DNA of 64,000 bases from Histomonas meleagridis 2922-C6/04-290x (lineage: Eukaryota; Protista; Parabasalia): positions 62,001 to 126,000 of the forward strand of contig JAANOX010000144.1 in assembly GCA_020184695.1 (NCBI GenBank). Direction: 5' to 3'. Positions 33,701 to 44,800 of this stretch are shown piece after piece. The notes below the pieces were generated by a model. That model made no database searches. It was not told where the DNA came from and saw only the letters and a list, made by a program, of their open reading frames with translations. The position numbers and the translations under genes are program-made. Numbering within the stretch: position 1 is the stretch's first letter; every line of letters starts with the position of its first letter.

Positions 33701-34305
33701 ATAATTTTTCATTTTTTTACTTAAAGAATATTCATTCACAACGTTCTATTTTTTTCACAATCAAAAATACAAATTTATTCTTTAATTCATTGATCAAATT
33801 ATAGTACACAAATTGACTTCATTTGAACAATATAAAGGATTCAACAAATTATGTCTGTATTTGACAAATGCCATTTTTGAAGTAATTCAAAGAATGTTCG
33901 GAGTAAAGATAAAATAACTTAAATAGGTGATTAAGTATCATATAGAGTACTTATATAAATAAGAGCGAAAAGGAAATAAATATTTATTTATTCATCAAAA
34001 AAAAAGATAGAACTTCATACCATCATATTATATTGAAATGTCAATATAACATTATATTATTACACAATTGTGTATATAATATAGACAGAAACATATTTAA
34101 AAAAAAAATCAAAAAAGTATCTTTATCTAGTAAATTATATGAAAATATACACGGCATGAATTTTGACATTATTAGATCATCAATTAATTATTCATATAAT
34201 TTTTAATATTCCTATATATGAAATAGTAAACCAAACAAAACTATATTTCAACAAACGAAATTATAAAAACACATTTCCAAATCCGTACATATTATATTTA
34301 TTTAT

Positions 34306-36042
34306 TTAAGAAGCAGTTGAATAACTTACGAATAACGACGGCGACGAATTCCAGAAACACTTCTTTAAGTTATTTGCTGCAGTCAATGATATTGTTGGGA
34401 AAGCCAAATTTCCGTGTGTCAAAGGGAAGAACCTTATGCTCACTTTCAAAGGCTGCTGCGGTATCAAACAAATTTGTGTATTCATTATACCGAATATTGC
34501 GAAGTGTTGGCTATTGCATATCTCGAACACAGCCTCGATTGGGAACTTGCTCACATTTGTTAACTCCAAAAACATTTCGCACATTTCGAACTGTGAACCT
34601 GACGAAGGGAAATCGAGTTTCACAATTATTTCTTGCTCAACAACTGGGACATTTGGTAATGATATTATATATTTATGTGTGCCTAAATAATTGTCGGAGT
34701 CGATGTTATATGTTATGATTATATTACCAAGATCAATATTATTAAGTTTTGTTCCATTAATATGAAATTTGTTCATAACAGAAAACTCATCATTCGACTC
34801 AAGCTCAAATGGTAACTCAATAAATGTATCAATGTAATTGACAACGTCATTTTTCGATTGGATTTCAAACGAAAGAATGTTGACTTTCCAGCCAATGTTC
34901 ATCTTGAATTCATTAAAGAGATAATAATCTGATGACGTGTGTAATGAATGGATTTCTTTGTAGCTTTCATTATAGACAATTGAATGGTACATGTCATAGA
35001 TAGAATTACGCAATACAAATGGACAAACAAATTCAAGAGGTAAATCTTGTCGAGTGAAATATAAATCTTTGGAGTCACGGCGAATAAACCATTCAACGTT
35101 TATTGTGTTTTGGCCAGGTATATAACAATGAACAAAAAAATCATATTCATATATGGTATGCGCTTCCGAAATATGTAATATATGTGTTTGGAGTACATCG
35201 GACTTGTCTTTACTGAAGGTAATAATCCCTTTAGAACAGTGAAATGTAATAATTATATCATAATCTTTTTCATCGCCTGTGTTAAAAATAAGTTTGATGG
35301 GCGTGGCAATATATACAATCCCTACAGGTGGAAGATTGGTCGTTAAAATACAGTCATTGCGTTTTGTCTTGAGTGCAAGTTTGGAGAACGTTAAGTTGGG
35401 GAAGAAAAGTGTAAAATTGTTAAGAACGAGACCAATAGAATCAACACAGTAGTCTTGACAATCAGAAAGACGAAATGAATGGTGAATGCGAAGGCGTTGG
35501 TATGAACAAATATCATATTCATTATCAATTAATATTATGTTTTTATCATTTGTATCTTTTTTAGTATTAAGACTCGTGAGACGAACACAAAATTTGCAGT
35601 GTGGTATAAACTTGGGAATTAAATTTGTAATATCAACGATAATATTGATATCTTCATTTTCAAAAACATTATCAGTAACAAACGAACATGATGTTTCAAG
35701 AAAACTATGTTCTGTAACATTAAAAAAACCTCCTGATGGAATAAAATTATTTTCATCCATTTTAAAAAAAACATCAAGAAAATTTTGGAAAAATTCTTCT
35801 GGAATATATTGAAAATAATTTGGTGAAAGGCACCGTAAAGATTCATCAATCCACCTCATGGAAAGTTGTGGTAATCTTGGAATCAATTGGCAACTTAGAT
35901 ATGAATAGCGTGCAGTTAGAGAATAAAAAGAAAGTGGTGGATTAAGAATGTTACCATGTATGCGGTTAGCTTCTTGTAGATCTCCTTCTTTATAAAATTT
36001 TTCTGCTTCGCTTAGCTTCTGTACAAATTCGCTTCTATTCAT
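34306..36042 (-). CDS. TRAPPC11 (Gryzun)-like protein
   Basis: Serial Ig-like domains; C-terminal FAIFG...FFPLTHGNLAFPTI resembles the Gryzun C-terminus. Confidence 0.55.
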   Translation of the reverse strand: MNRSEFVQKLSEAEKFYKEGDLQEANRIHGNILNPPLSFYSLTARYSYLSCQLIPRLPQLSMRWIDESLRCLSPNYFQYIPEEFFQNFLDVFFKMDENNFIPSGGFFNVTEHSFLETSCSFVTDNVFENEDINIIVDITNLIPKFIPHCKFCVRLTSLNTKKDTNDKNIILIDNEYDICSYQRLRIHHSFRLSDCQDYCVDSIGLVLNNFTLFFPNLTFSKLALKTKRNDCILTTNLPPVGIVYIATPIKLIFNTGDEKDYDIIITFHCSKGIITFSKDKSDVLQTHILHISEAHTIYEYDFFVHCYIPGQNTINVEWFIRRDSKDLYFTRQDLPLEFVCPFVLRNSIYDMYHSIVYNESYKEIHSLHTSSDYYLFNEFKMNIGWKVNILSFEIQSKNDVVNYIDTFIELPFELESNDEFSVMNKFHINGTKLNNIDLGNIIITYNIDSDNYLGTHKYIISLPNVPVVEQEIIVKLDFPSSGSQFEMCEMFLELTNVSKFPIEAVFEICNSQHFAIFGIMNTQICLIPQQPLKVSIRFFPLTHGNLAFPTISLTAANNLKKCFWNSSPSLFVSYSTAS

Positions 36043-36215
36043 CTGGTAGAACGTTTATTAACGAAGTAATTAAATACTTTACACAGAAAAGTACAATGAT
36101 AAAAATTTTTTTGGGAATATAGAAAGAAGGAAATAATCAGAAAAAAATATTAAAAGGTTTTGTAAAAAAGTTTTTGTTTAATTGTAATAGCGCAATAATG
36201 AAAGAAATTTTGTTT

Positions 36216-36833
36216 TTAGCAACATGATTTGTTTTTTTTAGTTGGCTCGGTTACAAAAAGAGTGGGCTGTGTAGCTTTGTTTGGCATCTGACTAATTATA
36301 ATTTGTCCATTGTTTACACGTGCTGTTACTTCAAAAGCTAATCTTGTGAATGCTTCTTGAATGTTTTTTCCTCGAAGCGCAGACGTTTCGAGTACTTCTA
36401 AATGATGCCTGTCTGCAAAGTCTTTAATTTGTTGGGCTCCAACCTGTCTGCTTTCTTCCAGATCTACCTTATTCCCAACAAGAAGAACATAAGCATTTGG
36501 TGAGGCTAAACTTTGGAAATCACTTAGCCAAGAAGTAAGGTCATCAAAAGACGAGAGATTTGTTATGTCAAAAACCAGAATTGCTCCAACTGCGTTTCTA
36601 AAATAGCTTTTAGAAATTGCTCTGAAACGTTCCTGTCCTGCTGTATCCCAAATCATAAGTTTTACGTTTTCTCCATGAACAGGACAAGTAAATGTATAAA
36701 AATCAGCACCACAAGTTGTTGTTCCGTCTGCTGAAAAATCGCCTTGAACGAGCCTTTGTACGATAGAAGATTTTCCGACTGTAGATGATCCAACCATCAC
36801 GATTTTATATGATGGGACTGTTTGGCTTTGCAT
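36216..36833 (-). CDS. Rab GTPase
   Basis: GSSTVGKS, WDTAGQERFRAI, GNKVD, ETSA and terminal SCC. Confidence 0.92.
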   Translation of the reverse strand: MQSQTVPSYKIVMVGSSTVGKSSIVQRLVQGDFSADGTTTCGADFYTFTCPVHGENVKLMIWDTAGQERFRAISKSYFRNAVGAILVFDITNLSSFDDLTSWLSDFQSLASPNAYVLLVGNKVDLEESRQVGAQQIKDFADRHHLEVLETSALRGKNIQEAFTRLAFEVTARVNNGQIIISQMPNKATQPTLFVTEPTKKNKSCC

Positions 36834-37230
36834 TCTCCAATTTTTTGCTGTTAAAATAAACCATTCAAAAAAGGGGCAAATTTAAATGAGTGATTTACTC
36901 CAATTGAAGTCATTTTCTCTAAAAACCAATTGAATGGTTGACAAGAATTTAAGAGTCAAATAACCGTCAAATTCTTGGTAAAAACGATTGTTTCTGCACT
37001 TTTCACAATAAATAACCGCAAATTATCGTTTGGAAAACAACAAATTTTATTTATGAATGATGATCATCCTAATTTCATTTCTCTTTCAATCCACGAATTG
37101 CTATTAGAAGCAGTAGAAATAATATTTTTATATTTTGTGATCGTATTGCATTGTTTCACATTAAAAACAAAAGAAAATTTATACCAAAATCGATGTTTAT
37201 TATAAATGAAACAAAAAAACATATCAAAAA

Positions 37231-38964
37231 TTATTTTGTGCATAATGCCTCGAAGAAGTCGAATTTCTCAATTTCCTCATCTCCGTCATCAATCTCTTCG
37301 TCGTCAGGCAGCGGTACCTTTTCGCATAGCCACAACGCGATGCTTCCCACAGTTTCCACGTCCATTTCGCTCACTCTTTTTGGGAATGCGTCCATCATTG
37401 CCGTTAGCGACGTATCCTTTTCCAACGTCAACTTCTCGAAGCACGCGATTATCATTGCGCACGTGAAGTAGCACAGCCACTTGTCCGGCTTTAGTGAGCA
37501 GCTAAACTTAAGCCAAACGCTCCACACGTCAGCGTACGTTCTCTTGAACATCAGCAAGAAATCGGAATAGCACCATAGCAGGTCTTGCATACCTCTATTC
37601 CTCATCCAAATCGCGGCGACTGGCGATACAGATGATAACAAATGTATAACAGTTGCGGCCCTTTTCTTGCAGCATTCAGTGACGTCCGCAAGTAATTCCA
37701 ATTGTTTAGTCTTTGTTAACATTCGTTGGAAACACCAAAAAATGATATATAGAACATTACTACAATCAATGATTTCCCCACTTTCGTTTATGGGCTCACT
37801 ATCATCATTCCATAATGGAATATATGATAACATTATCGGAACAAAAAGATCATTCATCCCTTGCAAATAACCAAGTTCTGGATCATATTGTGTTGAAACA
37901 TGTAAAAGTTCAGCTAAGATCTTCGGACCTGTTCCTTTAAGGTTCTTAAAGGATGAAAGTCCTCGATCTGTACGCGCAACATCGTGTGAGATGACCCGAT
38001 AATCGTCAGTTGTCTTTTTGCTGTTTTGGATTTGTATCGGAAGTTTCGATTCGACTTGTGACTTCAAAATAGAAAATTCGTTTTGAAGGTCTGCGCGTAT
38101 TTTTTCACGTTCTTCGGAAGTGGAATCATATGAATAGACCCCAAAGACAAATGGTAACAGATCAGGAAGCGCAGAGGGCTCTATTCCGGAATGATATGCG
38201 CGATGTAAAAAAAGCTCGGGATCAATAAGACGGCCATTGGAATCAAATAAAGTTGGAATTTCGGATTTGGTGATTTGGGTATACTGCGGAACTTTTGATA
38301 AGTAATCATTGATTTCATTCATAACTAATTCATGGCAGGCTCGTGCAGCGGATGCTAATGGAAAGTCGGTATCAAGAGGTACGGTACCACTGGAATCTAA
38401 ATATATCATGAGCTCGGTGAAAAAGTGATGAACATCTAACCAGAAATTAGAAAGTGTGGTATATGGTTTGTAATTAAGTTTAAGTGGAGGTGGAGTATAT
38501 GAATAAACACCTTCGCGACATCGCTTATAAAATTCAAGGGAATATGAAGGTTCTTTACATGGAACTGCAATACCATTAAGAATAAGTTGTTCAACTAGCT
38601 GAACTACCGATATAAACTCTGATTCTGGTATGAGGTAAGTATGGTTTCCTTCATTATTTCGGAATATTGTGAGAGTTAATGGATTTTCACTGAACTGAAT
38701 GAAAAAAACTTCCTTACAATCAAATATGAAGGGACCATTTTTAGCCCATTGATCAGTGGTGGGAATTTTTATTGGTTGAAAAATTGATTCTCCTGTAGAT
38801 GGATCAAATGGTGACCAAATTAATTGAAAGTTATTGCTTTGACGTATTAGACACAAGAAACCAGAAACCCTTTTGTTCATAATAGTCGTGTCAACAGCCA
38901 TTTCAATTGTGCTTAGGAAAAAAGTTCTTTTTGTTGACATTTCAAAAATAATTAACGGTCGCAT
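37231..38964 (-). CDS. TBC-domain RabGAP (Gyp7/TBC1D15-17-like)
   Basis: ISHDVART (Arg finger), GYLQGMNDL (Gln finger) and FLLMFKR. Confidence 0.9.
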   Translation of the reverse strand: MRPLIIFEMSTKRTFFLSTIEMAVDTTIMNKRVSGFLCLIRQSNNFQLIWSPFDPSTGESIFQPIKIPTTDQWAKNGPFIFDCKEVFFIQFSENPLTLTIFRNNEGNHTYLIPESEFISVVQLVEQLILNGIAVPCKEPSYSLEFYKRCREGVYSYTPPPLKLNYKPYTTLSNFWLDVHHFFTELMIYLDSSGTVPLDTDFPLASAARACHELVMNEINDYLSKVPQYTQITKSEIPTLFDSNGRLIDPELFLHRAYHSGIEPSALPDLLPFVFGVYSYDSTSEEREKIRADLQNEFSILKSQVESKLPIQIQNSKKTTDDYRVISHDVARTDRGLSSFKNLKGTGPKILAELLHVSTQYDPELGYLQGMNDLFVPIMLSYIPLWNDDSEPINESGEIIDCSNVLYIIFWCFQRMLTKTKQLELLADVTECCKKRAATVIHLLSSVSPVAAIWMRNRGMQDLLWCYSDFLLMFKRTYADVWSVWLKFSCSLKPDKWLCYFTCAMIIACFEKLTLEKDTSLTAMMDAFPKRVSEMDVETVGSIALWLCEKVPLPDDEEIDDGDEEIEKFDFFEALCTK

Positions 38965-39100
38965 TCAGTTCATGGTTTACAAAAAAGTGCAATTTTTTTT
39001 ACACAAAAAAAATTAATTTTTCATCAAAGTAAATTGGTTTGACGAATAAATAAAAAAGATTTTAATAATTCTTTACAAACACACAATCATCTGTTAGTAT

Positions 39101-39721
39101 CTAGTGATCGAGTTTTTTCCATCTTTCTTTCCAAAAACATGGAAGTGCATCTTTTGAGGGTTCGCTAGGTGTGTCTGCTGTATAATTGCTTTTGATTCCA
39201 AGCGTTTGTGTTTCGTTTGTATCATCGTAATTCAGAAATCGGTTGATTAATTTCCGATGACAAGGAGCATTACCTTCGATCTTGTCAAAGTGTTGATCAT
39301 GGATTTTGGCGGCTTCATTGATGTAGTCTGGGTTTGTCATATTTTCAACGATTCTTTGGATAGACTCAAAATCTGGCTTTTGACCAAAGAGATGAAATGA
39401 TTGTTTGCTACACTCACGTAGTTGACTCAGTGTTGGGTAGTTGACAACTTTCATTTGGTACTTATCAGGAATTTTCTTTTTGGGACCAGGTATTGTGAAA
39501 ACTTCAATTTCAGAATTATCCTTAATGCCATGGTACCCGAACGAGAAAGCAGGCGAAACAAGATTTTGATTGTAAAGATAAAAATGCTTCTTTTCTGGGT
39601 TATCTAAATAATTTGATAATGTTGATATAGGATCCGTATTTTTAACGTTAACAATTTTGCTCTGTGATGAGTCCGGTTTTATTATCACAGATATCATATT
39701 GCCAATGTTCCCGTTTTCCAT
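39101..39721 (-). CDS. Hypothetical protein with an N-terminal ubiquitin-like domain
   Basis: YLYNQNLVSPAFSFGYHGIKDNSEIEV resembles a Ubl core; 206 aa. Confidence 0.55.
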   Translation of the reverse strand: MENGNIGNMISVIIKPDSSQSKIVNVKNTDPISTLSNYLDNPEKKHFYLYNQNLVSPAFSFGYHGIKDNSEIEVFTIPGPKKKIPDKYQMKVVNYPTLSQLRECSKQSFHLFGQKPDFESIQRIVENMTNPDYINEAAKIHDQHFDKIEGNAPCHRKLINRFLNYDDTNETQTLGIKSNYTADTPSEPSKDALPCFWKERWKKLDH

Positions 39722-40320
39722 CTGGGTGAGCTCTTGAATGGGAGATTTTAATTGAGATAAAAGTGGTTCCTATCGCTGTATTTAATTCAAAAAGCGGGCT
39801 CAAATGAGGCGGCTTGTTGGTTGTAAATTTCAACTTTTTGATATCAAAACGAAAGATAATCTGTTTTCAATTAAACTGTGAAAAATTTCACCTTTTCATA
39901 CAATTAGACCAAAGACAATATCATTTTGCCTCAATTTTATATATGCTTTCCCTTCGTCTTTAGAAAGAAATACAAAACTCAATAAATAATTAAGATATTC
40001 TAATGTATCAAAATATATTTGAAATTAAAAATTGTTCCAATGTTAAATTTATTTTTTTATTTGAACATGATAAAATTTGTTCAAGAAATTTCTTGAAGTC
40101 GCACTTTTTGCCTTTGATTTGTAACTATTTTAGCAACAGTTATCCAATAAAAAATTATTGGTAATGCTTGGATGAATTTCCATTTAATTCATCTATGAAG
40201 TGTTAAAAAATAACATGTTCACTTAAAAAGGCAAAATAATCAGCCAATAAAAAAGTGAATTAAAACAGTTTGTATGCAAAGTTATAAATGTTTTTAGTAA
40301 AGTTTTAAATCTTAAATACG

Positions 40321-41548
40321 TCAATCAATTTTTTTTAAAAGAACATCCGTTTTCAACCCTTCCTTTTCTAAGAAGGCTAAAATTTCGAAAATGCTATGTT
40401 TTATACATTTTTTACCAAGAAAAAAAATGCTATCCTCAACTGAATTGCTAGTAAAATTATTTAGATCAGGAGTAATATAAAATTGATTGAAGTGAAGATA
40501 TGTTAGAGAAATTAAAACCAGATGCATTAGAATTAGATGTGTTAGGCAAATGAAAATCATTGGTATTTCTAGAATTAGAAATATATGGAACATAAGATTG
40601 AAGGTGATAAGAATAATCTGGACCACAGCCACTTGAGGATAAATGAATTTTTTTAACTCCTTCAAATTTTCCGATTTTATTATCATAAAAATAATGAAAG
40701 ATCTCATTTCGATGGAATTTAATTGCTGTTTCATATGCTTTTGAAAATGACGAATGATTTTGTTCACATAAATGAATGATTTCTTCATTTCCGCCTGCAA
40801 TTGCATATTTACCTGTGTCTTCTACATTAGCACCATTCAGAAGTAAATATTTAAAACATTTAACTGCTGAAAAAAATGCTGCATAATCAATTAATGTAAC
40901 TTTCCAATTGTTAATAAATGAACATCTTTCATAAAGTGATGGTTCAATTATTTGATTAAAATCAAAATAATTTCGTGATGATATTTCTTGAAGTTTTTCT
41001 ATTTCATCATTCCGAATTATTTTTGATATTTCATTTGGATTATGTCCTTCTCTAATTAATTTCTAATGAAGTGCTCAATCATTTTTTGAAAGTTCTTTTA
41101 TATTTCTAGTAAATTCAGAATAAAAAGGGACTTTAATACCAAATCCATTTCTCATTTTGAAATGATGATCAAAATAAAACGTCCCTGTATTTTCAACAAA
41201 GCTTACGTCAATTAATCCACTACTAACTTCTCAAGAAGGTAGTATGATTCTTGTTGATGCAACATTAGTAAATATTTGGAAAAAGTATTTATAAGATTGG
41301 GAACATTCTTCTTAATTTCATCTTCCTTTAATTGCAAATTGTATAAATATTTAACACAAATATGAATCAATGTTTATATGAGAAATAAACGAAGAATAAA
41401 CTAATCGAGAAATAATTAGATTAAATGTATTTAAAAAATTGTTTTCTTTAAGTATGTTTAAGGTCGATTGAATTGATAATTTAATATTATCATAATTTAA
41501 TTTAAAAACAATTTGCTCCAACATTCGAAGAGTTTCGAGTCTATTCAT
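40321..41548 (-). pseudogene. DUF3447-type ankyrin-family pseudogene, paralog of 19091-20254
   Basis: Colinear with the paralog (TLIDYAAFFSAVKCFKYLLLNG, YAIAGGNEEIIHL). TGA at 41075-41077 and TAG at 41063-41065 replace the paralog's W and Q; frameshifts near 41355, 41220 and about 40620. Confidence 0.8.
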
Positions 41549-41834
41549 TTTTATAATTCCGATAGAAAAGTGACTTATTCAGGCAAACGACAGCAAATTT
41601 TTTTCATTTTAAAAAATATTTAAACATATTTCTTAATTAGTAATGTATATTTAGTGTCCGCTCATATCAATTAGAATATCTAAATTAAAAAAATTTTGAA
41701 AAAACATTTCAATAAAAGTTAAAATTTGGAAATTCAATTTCAATAAAGATTTTGAAAAAACAATTATTACAGCTAAAGATTTATTACATGAAAATGATAT
41801 CATTTTCATACAAATTACAAAACTTTTTCCAACT

Positions 41835-44800
41835 TTATTTTCCTATCTTCGTAAAAATCTGAGGGAATAATTCCTTTTGTTTTCTTGTGTAATTAATTAG
41901 TATTTCCTTCCATTGCTGATTATACTTACCCTCATTTATTAATATTTTCCTCAAGTCGAATACATCAGCAGCTAATTCAGACCTATTTGGTAAATTCGAA
42001 GCTATTTTATTTCTTCCTCCAAAAGTTCTAGTTTTTCTATGTAATTCTTTTGGTACATTTATAGCATAAGCATCGTTTGGATTTATTCCTAATTTTTGCA
42101 TATGTTTTTTAGATGTCATATGATGTGCTTCCATTCCAACAATTCCATTTTCTTTGTTCCATTTTTTTAACTTTGCGTAAGTATCAAATTTTCCTTCACC
42201 TTTTAGTAATGTATTATTAACAGGTTTTACATTTTTAGTTATTTGAGTAAATTTCATATTTTTAATAGTCGGCTTTAAAAAATTACATTTAGTAATTCCT
42301 ATAATTTCAATTATAGATAATAATGTTTCAGCACTTTCGATTAAGTTATTATTTCGATCTGATATTTCTCTATTAATTATTGATTCTTTGATTTCATTTC
42401 GATTAAACTCATCAATTAATGGATCATCTAAATACATATAAAGATAACCAATTTCATATGCTTTTTGTATATGGTCATTAATATGATGACAAAAATCTCC
42501 AATTGTATTCATAATTTCAGTGAAGTAATTCTTTAATTTTGGTTTTAATGTTTGACTGAACTTTTTATATTCTTCAATTACCTTATTTTGTTCATAATGT
42601 GTATTTTTTAGCATTTGTTCGAATTCTTTTATATGACAACATTTTAAGATTTCTGTTTGTATATGTGTTTCATTCATATTATCTGAAACTTTTACTTCTT
42701 TTGTATTTTCAACAATTTCTTTAACTTCATTTGATACTTTTTTCTCTGTTTCTTGAAGGCGTTTAATGAAAGTCGAAACTTTATCAACAATTTCTTTGGT
42801 GATTTCATTAGCTTCTTCAATAGCATTTTCACTATTAACACCTTCTAATACTCTTTGAGTTATATATTTTTGTTGAACTTCTTTAAATTCATTAACTTGT
42901 CCAATCATTGTTACAAGTTCACCAATACATGGATTAATAACTTTTTGATGTTTTTCTGTTTTTTCATCAACTTTTTCATCGATACGTTTTCCAGATATTA
43001 CACCATCACTAATAATTGCTCCTTTATTATATAGAAGTTCACCGACTTTCAAATAGAATTTTTCGATTCCTATAAGTTGTGATACTTTATTAATTCTTTC
43101 TTGTAAACATTCTTCATCAGCTATACGAATTGTTGGGACAACTCCTAACTTTGGATTTAATATAGAATTATCTACTTTAACTCCTTGAATTAAACTATTT
43201 ATAGATGATAAACTACTTGAAATTTGTGTATTATTACTTTCGCTTTTGAACAAATCTTTAATAGTTTCAATAGTCAAATTTCCTGAAACTAACATTTCAA
43301 TTACATTAGCACGTATTGTTGACCCTCTAAATATGGCATCATTACATCGAATAAATAAATCTCCTGCTTCAATAATCATATTAGAATGATTAGTTTGATC
43401 AAAACTAACTTCTGATTCAAATACTGATATATTTGGTAATGTTCCAATAGTCGGAGAGATACAAGCTTCTATAAAAGCTATTGGTGATAAACTTATATTA
43501 AATCCTTTTGTTTTAGAACTTTGTTCAATAGTATGTTTTGGAGAATCTGAAGTTATTTTTCCTGTTTCAATACTTGCCTTATTTACTTTCCATATTCCTT
43601 CAAGATGTGTACGATCATTGTTAATTTTTAGAATTCCAACTTCGACTTGACTTTGTATTGGTTGACTTTCTTTTCGTTGAATAGTTGTCGTAGAATTATT
43701 ATATACAAAACCAGTAACAAATCTATTTAAAAAGATTTGTGATATTGCTATTATCGGATTTGGATTTTTCGCAATGTTTGCTAATGTTAAAGCATGTGTT
43801 AATGTTTGTGCTCCAGTACCAATAATGTTCATAGCTGTTGGAATTGCATCTCCAAAACTTATAATGTTTTCAACACCTTTTAATGCTTCAATAAATGGAT
43901 CACCTTTAATTTTAGGTGCAAAAAATCCTGAAGAATGTTGAACAATATTACTCTTACTATGTAAATATGCTGCTTTTTCAATCAAATTTTTCGTAATAGA
44001 CATATCAAGAGCTTTAATAATTGTGCCTTCAAAAACACATGTCCCTTTACCTATAGATTCAAAATGATCAGTAATTATTTGTGCCCTTTCAATCAAATCT
44101 CGAGTTTCATAAATGTTTCTAGAAGATTTTCCAAGACCAAATAGTCCACCATTTTTATATGTCATACTGAAGTTATTTTGTGAACCATATGCAGGAATGA
44201 TTGAAAAATCGCCATCATTTGGGTTACTAATAGTATTTGCAATTATTTCAGCACCAACTAAAGAAGTATCAGCTGATTTAAATATAATTGTTCCTGATGT
44301 TTTAATATTAGCTCCTTTAGGTGTGTTAAAGTTCATGCAAGTAAATGTCCTTTTAGCCCAATGTGCAATTTCACTTTTTTCATATGCAGGATTAATAATA
44401 TGTTTTTGTGCTTCAAAAGTTATTCCTCCATTTCCAGCTTCTAAATTAGTACCATGTTGATCTATAATTCCTTTAGGTGCATTTAATTGTATATTATCTT
44501 TTGCTTTTAGAGATGATGTTATTGTTTTTTGTTCTCTAACCCAATTTTGTTTACCAAAAGTAAGAGTTGGATCTAACTCCATTTCTAAATCAATAATATT
44601 ACCATTAGAACTTGTTATTTGTATATTTTTAGCTTTAATATTTGCACCTTCAAGTGTTACTCCTTTTTTACCTGATGCAATAAAAGTACCAGGAACTTCA
44701 ATATCGACAGGATCAACTCCTGTTTTATAATGAGAATCAGAATATGTGAATTCAGATGCAATTCGAATTTCTTTTTCTGATTCTAATGTAAAATCTATAC

